From contig CBDDTI010000745.1 in the NCBI GenBank assembly GCA_965233585.1, positions 192,001 through 256,000 of the forward strand: a stretch of DNA of 64,000 nucleotides, written 5' to 3'. Shown in pieces: positions 48,869-60,214 of the stretch. Made by a program: the position numbers and the translations under genes. The notes beneath the pieces are model-generated. The model was not told the origin of the DNA and searched no databases. It was given only the letters and a program-made list of their open reading frames with translations. This stretch comes from a bacterium. GTDB lineage: Bacteria > SAR324 > NAC60-12. Each line of letters starts with the position of its first letter. Within the stretch, counting starts at the first letter, position 1.

Positions 48869-49255
48869 ATGGCAAAGCTCATTGAACTTAAAGAACAAAC
48901 AGAACAACAGTTGATTTTCACTGTCCGTGATTTAGAAACAACCTTAGACATGAGAGAACCTGATTTTGATGACTTGGTTTCTGCAATCATCTGGAATTAT
49001 TATTATTCTCTAGTAGAAAGCACCATTTCTCCTTTTGAGGACTATGGAAGATGGAAGTCTATTTTTAGAAATGTCAAATCTATTAAGGATATGATTTGTA
49101 AACCATTGACAGGCTTCGCTCTTTACACCAAACCAGAAGTCATTAACTTGGAACAAGAAAAAGAGCTGGCTTCTGTGAGAATTAAAAAGGACAAAGATGA
49201 CGACTTGATCTATATCAATGTCTCTTCAAGCTCAATGAAGATGCTTGACGCTTAA
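48869..49255 (+). CDS. hypothetical protein
   Basis: 128-aa ORF directly after nagA; no recognised motif. Confidence 0.6.
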   Translation: MAKLIELKEQTEQQLIFTVRDLETTLDMREPDFDDLVSAIIWNYYYSLVESTISPFEDYGRWKSIFRNVKSIKDMICKPLTGFALYTKPEVINLEQEKELASVRIKKDKDDDLIYINVSSSSMKMLDA

Positions 49256-50334
49256 TCCACTTCTTCCCACTGACCTTGCTGATAGAAGAGTTCTAATTGT
49301 TGGAAGTAATCGTCAATGTGATAGCCGTTGTCTTTGAGCCATTGTTGGTTGTAATAGGTCTCAAGATAGCGGTCTCCAGAGTCACAAATCAAGGTTAGAA
49401 CAGACCCTGTTTCTCCCTTTTTTGCCATTTCTGCAACAAGTTGCACTGCTGCATAGAAGTTTGTGCCAGTAGAACCCCCTAATTTGCGACCAACATATTT
49501 TTGCAGAAACTTCAAGGTAGCAAAACTTTGGGCATGTTTGACACAAATCATGCGATCTACAATTTCAGGAATAAATGAAGGTTCTACGGTGGGTCTGCCA
49601 ACGCCTTCAATCACCATGGTTGTTTGAGAACTTTGTATGTCTGGGTCTCGTTGATGATAGTAGTCAAAAAAAACAGAGCCTTCGGGGTCTGCAACACAGA
49701 GCTTTGTGTTGGTTTTGGAGTAGCGAATGAAACGTCCAATGGTTGCTGACGTGCCTCCCGTTCCTGCACCTAAAATGATGTATTTGGGAATTGGGTGAGG
49801 CTCCATTGCCATCTGCTCATAAATGGAGCTTGCAATGTTGTTATTGCCCCTCCAATCTACTGCACGTTCGGCATAAGTGAATTGGTCCATAAATCGCCCC
49901 TTTAAGTTAGATGCCAGTTCTTCTGAAACGCCACGTGCCTGTTTGCTATTTTCTACAAAATGCGCTTGTCCTCCATAAAATTCAATGGCTTCAATTTTAG
50001 ACTGAGAGGTAGATTTGGGCATGACAGCAATGAAGGGTAAGCCTAATAATTGGGCGAAGTAGGCTTCTGAAACGGCAGTGCTACCAGAAGACGACTCTAC
50101 AATGGTTGTTTCAGAAGTGATCCATCCACTACACAACCCATGCAAAAACAAAGACCTTGCTAGGCGGTGCTTCAAGCTACCTGTCGGGTGGGTAGATTCA
50201 TCTTTGAAGTAAAAGTTAATTTGAGGAAGTTTGGGGAACTCAAAACGTAAAAGGTGTGTATCTGCAGAACGATTAAAATCAGTTTCAATCACTTGGATCG
50301 CATGCTCAACCCATGCTCGTGTTTTTAGCGTCAT
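49252..50334 (-). CDS. PLP-dependent cysteine synthase-family enzyme (Cds1-like cysteine desulfhydrase)
   Basis: RSADTHL, KDESTHPTGSLKHRLARSLF, SSGSTAVSEAYFA, DWRGNNNIA, GAGTGGT, GGSTGTN; ATG 50334 preferred. Confidence 0.85.
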   Translation of the reverse strand: MTLKTRAWVEHAIQVIETDFNRSADTHLLRFEFPKLPQINFYFKDESTHPTGSLKHRLARSLFLHGLCSGWITSETTIVESSSGSTAVSEAYFAQLLGLPFIAVMPKSTSQSKIEAIEFYGGQAHFVENSKQARGVSEELASNLKGRFMDQFTYAERAVDWRGNNNIASSIYEQMAMEPHPIPKYIILGAGTGGTSATIGRFIRYSKTNTKLCVADPEGSVFFDYYHQRDPDIQSSQTTMVIEGVGRPTVEPSFIPEIVDRMICVKHAQSFATLKFLQKYVGRKLGGSTGTNFYAAVQLVAEMAKKGETGSVLTLICDSGDRYLETYYNQQWLKDNGYHIDDYFQQLELFYQQGQWEEVD

Positions 50335-50513
50335 TTGCTGTTTTGGGATAAAAGAATTGTATAGGGTAAAAATTTCAGTGATTTTTTTCAAGAAATGACT
50401 GAAAGATGTTTCAAAAATTGCGACTTGATTTTTAAGGTGCATCAAGGCATTCTATCTTTTGTATCTTTACGAAATCATGCTTTGTTAGACAATCTATAAA
50501 AGAGAAAACAATT

Positions 50514-51473
50514 ATGAAAAAAGATTATCAATACACATTCACCAGACGTGAGTATTTGACAAAAATTGCAGGAATGCCTTTGCTCAGTCTGACAACCAAA
50601 AATGAAAGTCAAATGGAGGCAATGCAAGACTTGCAAGAGTCTTTTTACCAAATCATGCAGGACGGCAGGCATGAAAAATATACCGTTCTGTTGAACTGGT
50701 TTGAATCCATTGTAGAAGACTTCCTCCTTGAATCCAGTATTTCCAGTGCCACTTTAGTACTCACTCCTTTTGAAAGGGTGCATTGGAAGACTAAACACGG
50801 CTTAAATAACACCAAGCTGGTTACATTGCACTCTGCTCATTTTTTACCTCACGTGCCTGAAGGACACAAATGCGGCAGGAATCATGGACATAACTTCCAT
50901 GTCATCTGTGATTCATTTAGATCACAAGACGCCTGCAATAATGTAACACAAATTTTGATGCCCATCTATGAAAGGTTAGACAAAAGATTGTTAAATGATG
51001 TGGAAGGTCTGGAAAATCCTACATCAGAAAATTTGTCATCGTGGCTATTTCACACTATGAAACCTCAATGGTCTCAACTGATCAAAATGACAGTTTATGA
51101 AACTGACAGTGCAGGGTCTTCTTATGCAGGGGGAGAAGTCTGGGAGAGTTTCAAGCAATTTAGTTTTGATAGTTGTTTCACAGGTCCGAAGGGGCAATGT
51201 ATGGGGCATACCTTTAAGGTCAAACTTCACGTCCAAGACCAGTTGCAAGAACCTTTTGGCTGGACAATAGATTTTGGAGACATTAAAAAGTTGTTCAAAC
51301 CATATCTCAATCAACTTGACCATCATTGTCTGAATCATGCTGACATCACTTCCCCAACTTTGCAAGGGATTTCTCAATGGATTATGGACAAGATGAAACC
51401 AGAGCTTCCATCTCTTTACCAAGTATCTCTTGAAAGTACCCCTTATCAGTCTGTGAAACTCACAGCTTGCTAG
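50514..51473 (+). CDS. multi-domain QueD/6-pyruvoyl-tetrahydropterin synthase-like protein
   Basis: SAHFLP.VP.GHKCGR.HGH, LD...LN...GLENPTSE, VYET; second T-fold GHTF.V, GWTIDFGDIK, LDH..LN. Confidence 0.85.
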   Translation: MKKDYQYTFTRREYLTKIAGMPLLSLTTKNESQMEAMQDLQESFYQIMQDGRHEKYTVLLNWFESIVEDFLLESSISSATLVLTPFERVHWKTKHGLNNTKLVTLHSAHFLPHVPEGHKCGRNHGHNFHVICDSFRSQDACNNVTQILMPIYERLDKRLLNDVEGLENPTSENLSSWLFHTMKPQWSQLIKMTVYETDSAGSSYAGGEVWESFKQFSFDSCFTGPKGQCMGHTFKVKLHVQDQLQEPFGWTIDFGDIKKLFKPYLNQLDHHCLNHADITSPTLQGISQWIMDKMKPELPSLYQVSLESTPYQSVKLTAC

Positions 51474-51602
51474 CAATATCCTATTCAATGGTCTCATTCT
51501 GTCATTCTCTTTACCAAGTATCTCTTGAAAGTACCCCTTATCAGTCTGTGAAACTCACAGCTTGCTAGCAATATCCTATTCAATGGTCTCATTCTGTCAT
51601 TC
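51411..51602. repeat. exact 95-bp tandem duplication
   Basis: 51411-51505 is identical to 51506-51600, with a TC microhomology at the ends. Confidence 0.95.
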
Positions 51603-51666
51603 AAGGATTGCAGAGATTCTTACACAATCCATTGAAATTAATCAAGAGATTCGCTTTTTATCAGCT

Positions 51667-52569
51667 ATGTCACATCTACAAACTTGGGAAGGCTCAAATC
51701 AAAATGTTGCTGCAAATTGGTACCCCGGGCACATGTTTAAGACCAAAAAAGACCTTCAGCAGCTTCTCAAGCAAGTTGATGTTGTCCTTGAAGTCCGTGA
51801 TGCAAGAATCCCCATGTCTTCTGCCAGCTCAGAACTTCATCTTTTGATGGCAGACAAGACGTCTCTGATTGTTTTAAACAAAGCAGACCTTGCCAACCCT
51901 AACTTGACGCACCTTTGGAAACAGCATTTTTTGAATGCAGGGCAGCATTGCCATATTTCTAATTCTCTCCACCCTAAAACTCTACGTTCTTTGGTTCAGC
52001 ATTTAGAAGAAGTGGCAGAAGTGAAGCGACAGAAATTTTTGCAAAAACGAATCCAACCGCCTTCTTTGAGAATTGCCATTTTAGGTGTGCCAAATTCTGG
52101 CAAATCTACATTGCTTAACCGATTTGCCAAAAAAAAATCAGTACAAACTGGGAATCGTCCGGGAATCACCAAGCATGCTCAATGGGTCACCATCTCTAAA
52201 CAGATTGAATTGCTAGACACGCCGGGCATGTTGCAACCACGATTCCAAGATGTGCAAACGGGCATGAAGCTGGCGTTGGTTGGCTCTATCAAAGATGAAA
52301 TCGTTGGCATTGAAAAACTGGCAACGTACTGGATTGACTTCTGTCTCAAACAATTTCCCAAGAAAATCCAACAGACTTATCAAATCAAAGAATCCCTGCA
52401 AAATACAGAAGAAATTGTAGAGACCATTGCCAAACTTCATGGTTGTCTGACTTCAGGTAATCAGATTGAATGGAGGCGGGTTTGCAATAAAATTGTCCAA
52501 GATTTTCGTGCAGGCAGGTTCGGGAGAATTTCCTTAGAGCTTGTCCCAAACCAGATGACAGCAGTTTGA
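51667..52569 (+). CDS. rbgA: ribosome biogenesis GTPase RbgA/YlqF
   Basis: WYPGHM, EVRDARIP.SS, NKAD, GVPNSGKST, PGITK, LLDTPG; the longer start lies inside the duplication. Confidence 0.93.
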   Translation: MSHLQTWEGSNQNVAANWYPGHMFKTKKDLQQLLKQVDVVLEVRDARIPMSSASSELHLLMADKTSLIVLNKADLANPNLTHLWKQHFLNAGQHCHISNSLHPKTLRSLVQHLEEVAEVKRQKFLQKRIQPPSLRIAILGVPNSGKSTLLNRFAKKKSVQTGNRPGITKHAQWVTISKQIELLDTPGMLQPRFQDVQTGMKLALVGSIKDEIVGIEKLATYWIDFCLKQFPKKIQQTYQIKESLQNTEEIVETIAKLHGCLTSGNQIEWRRVCNKIVQDFRAGRFGRISLELVPNQMTAV

Positions 52570-52591
52570 TTTGAAAAGATAGGAACATAAG

Positions 52592-52993
52592 ATGCTAAAG
52601 ACGTTCTTCAATTTAGCAAAACCACAAAACGGCTTCAGTTTAATTGAGGTGATGGTCGTTGTCGCAATCATCGGAATTTTGGCAACCCTTGCTATTCCTG
52701 AATTTACAGGCTGGATTGCAACCTCCAAACAAACAGAAGCCAAGACAAATCTGATGGCTTTATACACTGCTCAAAAAATCTATTTTGCATCAAATCAAAA
52801 ATATGCGACTGCACTGAAAGATTTGGCATTTGAAATTCCTCAAGATACCAAATACACTTATATCATTGATGCAAAAACCAATACTTTCACCATTACAGCA
52901 GAATCCAACTTAGATGACGATGCTACAAATGACGTCTGGACTGTTGACCAAGATAAAAAACTACTTAATACTACAAATGATATTACAGAATAA
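52592..52993 (+). CDS. type IV pilin-like protein
   Basis: class III signal G/FSLIEVMVVVAIIGILA, EAK.NL. Confidence 0.92.
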   Translation: MLKTFFNLAKPQNGFSLIEVMVVVAIIGILATLAIPEFTGWIATSKQTEAKTNLMALYTAQKIYFASNQKYATALKDLAFEIPQDTKYTYIIDAKTNTFTITAESNLDDDATNDVWTVDQDKKLLNTTNDITE

Positions 52994-53026
52994 CTTCATT
53001 TCCCAAAAACCTTTAATCCGAGAAAC

Positions 53027-54856
53027 ATGATGAAAAGTGAAAAATGGCTCAGTATTTTCTTAATTATTATCGCATTGGTCTTAGCATTTAATTATTTAGG
53101 TAAGGAAGAAAGCCTCAACAGCCCAGCGAATCAAAAGGTCATCACCTTTAGTGAGTTTATGAGGCAAGTCAAGCAAGGCAATGTTTTAGATGCCAACATT
53201 CAAGGTCAGCAGTTAATTGAGGGACAATTTCTTGACACAGCCCAATACTATACCTATATCCCTCCTTCCTATCCTGAACTTGTTGACGTCTTGCGCAAGT
53301 ACAAGGTGCAAATTTCATATACGCCACCAACAGGCTATCCTTGGTATGTGTCGTTGTTGATCCAGTGGGGTCCTTTTCTCTTTATCATTTTTATTTGGGT
53401 GATGATGAGCCGCCGTAGTCCCATTGGAAAAATGTTTTCTATCGGTAAAATAGGTGCGAACAAAGCCAAACCTGAAGATTGCAAAGTCAAGTTTAAGGAC
53501 GTCGCAGGTGCAGAAGAAAGCAAAGAAGAATTGAAAGAAGTCATTGATTTTTTAAAACAACCTGAACGTTTCAATAAACTGGGTGGAAGAATCCCAAGGG
53601 GTGTTTTAATGTCAGGACCTCCTGGGACAGGCAAAACGATGCTGGCTAAAGCTGTTGCAGGGGAAGCAGGGACTCCGTTTTTCAGTGTCAGTGGGTCTGC
53701 ATTTGTTGAGATGTTTGTTGGGGTAGGTGCAAGCCGTGTCCGAGATTTGTTTGAAGAAGGACGAAAAAATGCACCTTGTATCCTGTTCATTGACGAAATT
53801 GATGCAGTAGGCAGACACCGTGGAGCTGGTATTGGTGGAGGTAATGACGAACGCGAGCAGACACTCAACCAAATGCTTGTGGAAATGGATGGATTTGACT
53901 CATCACAAGGCGTGATTGTAATTGCCGCAACCAATCGTCCTGACATCTTAGACTCTGCCTTGTTACGTCCCGGCAGGTTTGACAGACAAGTTCATGTGCC
54001 TTTGCCTGATGTTAAAGGGAGAGAAGCGATTTTGCAAATTTATGCAGGCAAGGCAAAGATGGCAGAAGGAATTGACCTTTCAGTGCTTGCGAAAGGCACA
54101 CCGGGATTTTCTGGGGCAGATTTGAAAAACCTCATCAATGAAGCCACTTTGATTGCTGCACGGCAGGACAAAAAAGAGGTATTCCACGAAGACCTAGAGC
54201 AAGCAAGGGACAAAATTCTGATGGGAAGCGAACGTAGGTCAATGGTGATGACAGACAAAGAAAAACGAAGCACAGCCTACCACGAGGCAGGGCATGCACT
54301 GGTTGCCGCCATGACTCCCAAAGCAGACCCCATTCACAAAGTTACCATTGTTCCAAGAGGACGTGCATTGGGTGTGACTTCATTCCTGCCAGAAGGAGAC
54401 CACCGTGCCTATGACATGGACTATCTCATTGGCAAAATTGTCATTGCGATGGGTGGACGTGCCGCAGAAGAGTTGATTTTTGACGAACTGACAACAGGAG
54501 CAGGTAATGACTTACAACAAGCGACAAACCTTGCACATAGCATGATTTGTAAATTTGGCATGAGCGAAGCGGTTGGTCCTGTGGTGCTAGGAGACCAAAA
54601 TTCTCAATATGTTTCAGGACGTGCTTTTGGCAGAGAACGTGAGTACAGTGAAGAAGTAGCCAGTGCTATTGATCAGGAGTTGCGAAAAATGGTCATTTCA
54701 TACTATGACCATGCTAAAAAATTACTAAAAGACCACATCAACGCACTTCACGATCTTTCAGAACAGTTGATCCAACAAGAGACAGTGGAAGGGCATGTCG
54801 TCCTAGAAACACTGCAAAAATTTTATCCTACATTCCGTCAGGAGTTACCTGCTTAA
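53027..54856 (+). CDS. ftsH: ATP-dependent zinc metalloprotease FtsH
   Basis: 2 [29 protein letters not shown]. Confidence 0.97.
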   Translation: MMKSEKWLSIFLIIIALVLAFNYLGKEESLNSPANQKVITFSEFMRQVKQGNVLDANIQGQQLIEGQFLDTAQYYTYIPPSYPELVDVLRKYKVQISYTPPTGYPWYVSLLIQWGPFLFIIFIWVMMSRRSPIGKMFSIGKIGANKAKPEDCKVKFKDVAGAEESKEELKEVIDFLKQPERFNKLGGRIPRGVLMSGPPGTGKTMLAKAVAGEAGTPFFSVSGSAFVEMFVGVGASRVRDLFEEGRKNAPCILFIDEIDAVGRHRGAGIGGGNDEREQTLNQMLVEMDGFDSSQGVIVIAATNRPDILDSALLRPGRFDRQVHVPLPDVKGREAILQIYAGKAKMAEGIDLSVLAKGTPGFSGADLKNLINEATLIAARQDKKEVFHEDLEQARDKILMGSERRSMVMTDKEKRSTAYHEAGHALVAAMTPKADPIHKVTIVPRGRALGVTSFLPEGDHRAYDMDYLIGKIVIAMGGRAAEELIFDELTTGAGNDLQQATNLAHSMICKFGMSEAVGPVVLGDQNSQYVSGRAFGREREYSEEVASAIDQELRKMVISYYDHAKKLLKDHINALHDLSEQLIQQETVEGHVVLETLQKFYPTFRQELPA

Positions 54857-54877
54857 TCATCTTTCTGCTTCCAAGAC

Positions 54878-55729
54878 ATGCCGTTGGGTTATTACCTCTT
54901 GTGGATTCTTCCCAAAAATCTTTTCAGTCGCTTATGTGGTTGGTTTGCCAACCTACGCCTGCCTCCCTTTCTTCTGAAACCCTTGCTACATCTATTTGTA
55001 CGTGCCTTTCAAGTGGACATGAAACATGCCATTGAACCGCTGGAAAATTACCCAACATTCAATGCGTTTTTTACAAGAAGACTACAGATTATGGCACGTC
55101 CCATCACTTCACCTCCGCATCATCTTGTCTCTCCCGTAGATGGCACAGTTGGTCAGTTTGGAACAATCAAAAATGGAACTTTGATTCAGGCTAAGGGACA
55201 GGATTATCCACTTTCAGAACTCTTAGGAGATTCACATAAAGCATCACAGTATCAAGATGGAATGTATTTGACTATCTACCTTGCACCTCACAATTATCAC
55301 CGCATTCATAGTATGGTAGCTGGCATAGTAGATCGTTGTTCTTACATACCCGGCAAATTGTGGACAGTCAGCCCGTTGGGAGTCAATCATGTTCCAAAGC
55401 TGTTTGCCATCAATGAACGGCTGATTAGCTATATTTCTACTTCAGCAGGTGAATGTGCATTGGTCAAAGTGGGTGCAACGGTTGTCGGAAAAATCAAGGT
55501 GGTCTATCATTCTGTTGAATCTAATTGTTTTGGAGCAAAACGAGGTGATTGGACACTTGCCGAAGGCTATCCTTTAAAACGAGGGACAGAAATTGGACAT
55601 TTTGAGCTGGGTTCAACGGTGATCTGCCTTTTCCAAAAAGGTCAAATTCAGCTTAATCATTTGAGCATTGGGCAATCTTTGCAGTATGGAGAGTCCATTG
55701 GTATTTTTAATTACGGAGAAACATCATGA
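54878..55729 (+). CDS. psd: phosphatidylserine decarboxylase
   Basis: FN.FFTR, SPVDG, QAKG, YLAP..YHRIH, NER, LGST cleavage motif. Confidence 0.95.
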   Translation: MPLGYYLLWILPKNLFSRLCGWFANLRLPPFLLKPLLHLFVRAFQVDMKHAIEPLENYPTFNAFFTRRLQIMARPITSPPHHLVSPVDGTVGQFGTIKNGTLIQAKGQDYPLSELLGDSHKASQYQDGMYLTIYLAPHNYHRIHSMVAGIVDRCSYIPGKLWTVSPLGVNHVPKLFAINERLISYISTSAGECALVKVGATVVGKIKVVYHSVESNCFGAKRGDWTLAEGYPLKRGTEIGHFELGSTVICLFQKGQIQLNHLSIGQSLQYGESIGIFNYGETS

Positions 55730-56502
55730 TTCATTGTCAAGGAAAAAAAGGAATTGTTTTAGGAGTAGGTAACAACAAAAGCATTGCATGGCACATTGCA
55801 AAGTCGTTGAAGAAATGTGGGGCGGAGGTTGCTCTCACTTATTTACCTGATGACCGTTTGCGATTTAAAAAAAATGTTGAAAAATTAGCATCAGAAATTG
55901 AGGCTCCTTTTGTTCAGAAATGTGATGTTTCTTCACCTGATGACATTCAGGGTTTGTTTGCCAAAGTTCAAGCAGAATGGGGGGAGTTTGATTTTTTAGT
56001 GCATAGCTTAGCCTTTGCCAAGCAAGACGATCTAGGTGGAGCGTTTTCTCAAACCAGTGTAGAAGGTTTTTTGAAAGCACAAGAAATCAGTGCCTATTCC
56101 TTGCTTCCACTTTGTGCAGGAGCGGCACCATTGATGACCAATGGCGGGAGCATTATTGCCATGAGCTATATTGGTTCTGTGCGTGCTGTGCCAAGTTACA
56201 ACGTCATGGGTCCTGCCAAAGCTGCGCTAGAATCCTCTGTCAGGTATCTTGCACGTGAATTTGGAGAACGAGGAATCAGAGTGAATTGTATTTCTGCAGG
56301 TCCCATCAAAACCCTTTCTGCAATGGGAATCCAGAATTTTGCAACATTGCTAGATGGTGTGGCACAAGGGACAGCACTCAAGCGGAATGTAGAACTTGAA
56401 GAAGTGGCAGCAACTGCTTCATTCCTTTGTAGCCCCTTCGCATCAGGAATCACTGCACAAACCATTTATGTAGATTGTGGCTATAACATGATGGGAAATT
56501 AA
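55726..56502 (+). CDS. fabI: enoyl-ACP reductase
   Basis: G..N.KSIAW.IA, VHSLAFA, YNVMG.AKAALE, ISAGPIKTL. Confidence 0.95.
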   Translation: MIHCQGKKGIVLGVGNNKSIAWHIAKSLKKCGAEVALTYLPDDRLRFKKNVEKLASEIEAPFVQKCDVSSPDDIQGLFAKVQAEWGEFDFLVHSLAFAKQDDLGGAFSQTSVEGFLKAQEISAYSLLPLCAGAAPLMTNGGSIIAMSYIGSVRAVPSYNVMGPAKAALESSVRYLAREFGERGIRVNCISAGPIKTLSAMGIQNFATLLDGVAQGTALKRNVELEEVAATASFLCSPFASGITAQTIYVDCGYNMMGN

Positions 56503-56530
56503 GTAGTCAAAGCAAGCCGTCCTGTTAAAG

Positions 56531-57216
56531 TCATCTTTTCAAGTGCGCACAAAGTCGCTTTTCCAACATTCTGAAGATGTAAACGCAGGCGAAGATGATG
56601 ACCATGTAAAAGACTGCTGTGGTGGTAAAGGCTTCAAAAGGTGCGTAATATCTTGAATACACCATGCGAGACACTCCTGTCAATTCCACCAACGTCACAA
56701 GGCTGGCAACAGCACTTCCATGAAACATGAAAATCACTTCGTTAGAATAGGCAGGAAGCATACGTCTGAACGCACTTGGCAAAATGATGCGACAGTACAT
56801 CATTGTAGTTGAGATGCCAAAGGCTTGTGCAGCTTCTACTTCTCCTTTTGGAGTGTTTTCTATGGAGCCTTTTATGATTTCTGCTGTGTATGCAGCAGTG
56901 TTCAAAGTGAATGCCATCAAAGCACAAAAGTAAGGTTCTTTCAACCAAGTCCACAAAAAACTTTCTTTGACAAAATCAAACTGACTGAATCCGTAATAAA
57001 TTAAAAACAACTGAACCAGCAAGGGAGTCCCCCTTAAAAATAGATATAAAACCAAGCAGGAATCCAAAGCAGAGGATTTCTTGAAAGACGTAAAAGGCTG
57101 ATGGGGACTGCTATCACAAATCCCAAGACCAATGCCAAAACCACCAACTCTACCGTCAACCATGCCCCTTGCAAGAAGAGAGGCAATGAATTGAAAATGA
57201 TTTCAAAATCCATCAA
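56531..57216 (-). pseudogene. polar amino-acid ABC permease (HisM/AotM-like), frameshifted
   Basis: N-terminus in ORF 57034..57216, remainder (RGTPLLVQL...) in another frame; one extra base in the A5 run at 57036-57040 restores YFLRGTP. Confidence 0.8.
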
Positions 57217-57897
57217 TTAAACTCCTATACTGTAACGTTTCTTGAAGTAAGCCAAGATGAGTAAGGACACAGTGGTCAGTGCCAGATAACCTGTGGCTGC
57301 CAGTAGATAAAAGAAGAAAGGCATCTTGGTTGCCCCTGCCGCCAAAGTAGCTTTGCGTAGCATATCATCAAGTCCTATCACTGAAACCAATGCGGTTGTT
57401 TTCAGCAAAACCAGCCAGTTGTTGCCAAATCCCGGTATAGCATGCCGAAGCATTTGTGGCAGTAAAATTCTGTGAAAGGCTAAAAATGTGTTCATACCAA
57501 AAGCCCTTGCCGCTTCCATTTGTCCTTTGGGAACAGCAAGAATTGCCCCCCTAAATGTCTCTGTCATGTATGCACCAAAAATGAAAGCAATAGAAAACAC
57601 GCCTGCGACGAAGGGGTTGATCTCTACAAAATCCATCTCCAAAGCGTCTGTGATGTGGTTCACCAGTATTTGCCCTCCGAAGAAGACTAAAAACATTAAC
57701 ACAAGGTCTGGTACGCCGCGAATCAATGTGGTGTATGCTGTGGCAATGCCTATGAGCCATTTATGAGATGATAATTTCGCTAATGCCCCAACGAATCCAA
57801 GACCCGTTGCCAGTGCAACAGAGTACACAGAAACCCAAATGGTCATTTCCAAACCATCTATAATCAGTAAACCGTATCCGTCAAATAGTACTTCCAT
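57217..57897 (-). CDS. polar amino-acid ABC permease (HisQ/AotQ-like)
   Basis: YTTLIRGVPDLV, GAY.TETFRGA, GQMEAA.AFG, LLKTTALVS. Confidence 0.92.
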   Translation of the reverse strand: MEVLFDGYGLLIIDGLEMTIWVSVYSVALATGLGFVGALAKLSSHKWLIGIATAYTTLIRGVPDLVLMFLVFFGGQILVNHITDALEMDFVEINPFVAGVFSIAFIFGAYMTETFRGAILAVPKGQMEAARAFGMNTFLAFHRILLPQMLRHAIPGFGNNWLVLLKTTALVSVIGLDDMLRKATLAAGATKMPFFFYLLAATGYLALTTVSLLILAYFKKRYSIGV

Positions 57898-58142
57898 TCT
57901 TCAATTCATTTTAAAATGTTGATGTCATGCGTGCGACGAAAAAGTCCTTTGAATCCAGAATGTTCATCATCTCAAGTTGACCAAATAAATCAAGCCTTAA
58001 TTTCAGTTTTAACTTCCAACCTTTCTGTGACAAAATATGGTGTTCTCATCTTGCCTGCATGATAAGAGATTTTTTTAAAGTTGAATAAAACTAGACAAAT
58101 TGTCAAACATCGTGTAAAACTTTGCATTTGACTTTTTTAGCA

Positions 58143-59363
58143 ATGGAAGACATGAGTTTGAGATTTGATGCGATAAGAGAAGATTTTGACAACTACATTG
58201 TCCCTGCCTATGCACCTGCAAAGGTGATTCCTGTGCGTGGGCAAGGGTCTCGTCTTTGGGACCAGGAAGGCAAAGACCATATTGACCTTTTTGCAGGGAT
58301 TGCTGTCAATTCTTTGGGACATGCACACCCTAAATTGATTCAGCGACTTCAAGAACAATCACAGATGCTCTGGCATTTGAGCAATGCCTTCACCAATGAA
58401 CCTGCTCTTGCTCTGGCAAAAAGACTTTGTGAGCTGACATTTGCCGAACGTGTCTTCTTTTGCAATTCGGGTTCAGAGGCAAATGAAGGGGCAATCAAGA
58501 TGGCAAGACGTTATGCACACGACACCTTTAGTCCTGAAAAAATAGAAATCATCAGCTTTCGTCGGTCTTTTCATGGCAGAACCTTTATGAATGTTGCCGT
58601 TGGCGGACAAGAACAATATTCACAAGGATTTGGACCGATGCCTCAAGGAATTACACATCTACCATTCAATGACATAGATGCGTTGCACAAGCAGGCGTCT
58701 GACAAATTGTGTTGCATCGTGGTTGAACCGATTCAAGGAGAAGGCGGGATTATTCCTGCAACACATGAGTTTATGCAGGCAGTCCGAGACGTTTGCAAGG
58801 AATACAATGCGTTGATGGTGCTTGACGAAGTGCAAAGCGGGGTTGGGCGTACAGGAGATTTATTTGCCTACATGGGCTATGGCATTACACCTGACGTTAT
58901 CACGACTGCCAAAGGCATTGGGGGAGGATTCCCATTGGCAGCATTTGCAACCACTCAAAACATTGCAAAAGTGTTGAAAGTAGGAACACATGGCACAACT
59001 TACGGGGGAAATCCACTGGCAACGTCTGTTGGGCTTGCCGTGTTAGATGAGGTCTCACAACCCGATTTTTTAAAGCAAGTCAAAGATTCGGCAAACTACA
59101 CGCGTCAAGGATTAGAAAAAATCAATGCAAAACACAAGATTTGGAAAGAAATACGCAATCGTGGTTTGTGGTTTGGTTGTGAATTAAGTGAATCTTATCA
59201 AGACCAAGCCAAACATTTTGTGAATGCAGGACGTGAGCATCGTGTCTTGTTCACTGTAGCAGGGACAAACATCATGCGTCTTGCACCTGCATTGAATATC
59301 ACTTTTGAAGAAATAGATGAAGGTCTCAGCCGAATGGAACAAGCGATTTTAGACGCAAAATGA
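58143..59363 (+). CDS. acetyl/succinylornithine aminotransferase (ArgD/AstC)
   Basis: GIAVN.LGH, NSG.EANE, SFHGRT, EPIQGEGG, DEVQSG.GRTG, AKG.GGG, HGTTYGGNPLA. Confidence 0.92.
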   Translation: MEDMSLRFDAIREDFDNYIVPAYAPAKVIPVRGQGSRLWDQEGKDHIDLFAGIAVNSLGHAHPKLIQRLQEQSQMLWHLSNAFTNEPALALAKRLCELTFAERVFFCNSGSEANEGAIKMARRYAHDTFSPEKIEIISFRRSFHGRTFMNVAVGGQEQYSQGFGPMPQGITHLPFNDIDALHKQASDKLCCIVVEPIQGEGGIIPATHEFMQAVRDVCKEYNALMVLDEVQSGVGRTGDLFAYMGYGITPDVITTAKGIGGGFPLAAFATTQNIAKVLKVGTHGTTYGGNPLATSVGLAVLDEVSQPDFLKQVKDSANYTRQGLEKINAKHKIWKEIRNRGLWFGCELSESYQDQAKHFVNAGREHRVLFTVAGTNIMRLAPALNITFEEIDEGLSRMEQAILDAK

Positions 59364-59394
59364 CGCATCAAACAAAGTCAGTTGAGTATCACCG

Positions 59395-60174
59395 ATGGAA
59401 CAACAACCAATCCCTGCACTAAAAGTCCATAATCTTCACAAATCCTTTGGAAGTGTAGAAGTCATCAAGGGGGCGTCTTTGGTGGCTCAGCAAGGAGATG
59501 TAGTGTCAATTCTTGGCTCAAGTGGGTCAGGAAAAAGCACCTTCTTGCGTTGCATCAATCTGTTAGAAACACCCAGTCAAGGAGAAGTCTATCTTGCAGG
59601 GGAGTTGATTAAGATGAAGCAAGGCAAGGACAGACAACCCCAAATTGCCTCAAAGAAACAACTCCAACGCCTACGCACCAAAGTTTCAATGGTCTTTCAG
59701 CAGTTCAATTTGTGGTCTCACATGACTGCTCTGGAGAATGTCATAGAAGTCCCCATCCACGTTTTAAAAAAGAGCAAGAAAGAAGCGATTCAGCAAGCAG
59801 AACTACTGCTTCAAAAAGTGGGTATTTATGAACACAAAAACTATTATCCTGTGCATCTTTCAGGTGGTCAACAACAACGGGTGGCTATTGCACGTGCTTT
59901 GGCTACCAATCCTGATGTCTTGTTGTTTGATGAGCCAACTTCTGCACTTGATCCTGAATTGGTCGGGGAGGTCTTGAAAGTGATGAAAGACCTTGCCAAC
60001 GAACGCACAACCATGCTTGTTGTCACACACGAGATTGGTTTTGCCCGTGATGTTTCCTCAAAGGTGATTTATCTCTATCAGGGAAAGGTTGATGAAGAAG
60101 GCACTCCGCAAGAGGTCTTCCAATCACCAACATCTGAGAGGTTTCGTCAATTTATTCAATCCGCATATCATTAA
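59395..60174 (+). CDS. polar amino-acid ABC ATPase (HisP/AotP-like)
   Basis: [34 protein letters not shown]. Confidence 0.95.
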   Translation: MEQQPIPALKVHNLHKSFGSVEVIKGASLVAQQGDVVSILGSSGSGKSTFLRCINLLETPSQGEVYLAGELIKMKQGKDRQPQIASKKQLQRLRTKVSMVFQQFNLWSHMTALENVIEVPIHVLKKSKKEAIQQAELLLQKVGIYEHKNYYPVHLSGGQQQRVAIARALATNPDVLLFDEPTSALDPELVGEVLKVMKDLANERTTMLVVTHEIGFARDVSSKVIYLYQGKVDEEGTPQEVFQSPTSERFRQFIQSAYH

Positions 60175-60214
60175 CGAATCTGCGGGATTTTTAACTCTCT
60201 TTTAGGGGAATTTT

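Noticed and set aside
51562..51666. Extended RbgA N-terminus
   Set aside because: It arises from the 95-bp duplication; ATG 51667 fits the family
53335..53946. Long antisense ORFs opposite ftsH, rho, leuA and the ABC genes
   Set aside because: Shadow frames of well-supported genes
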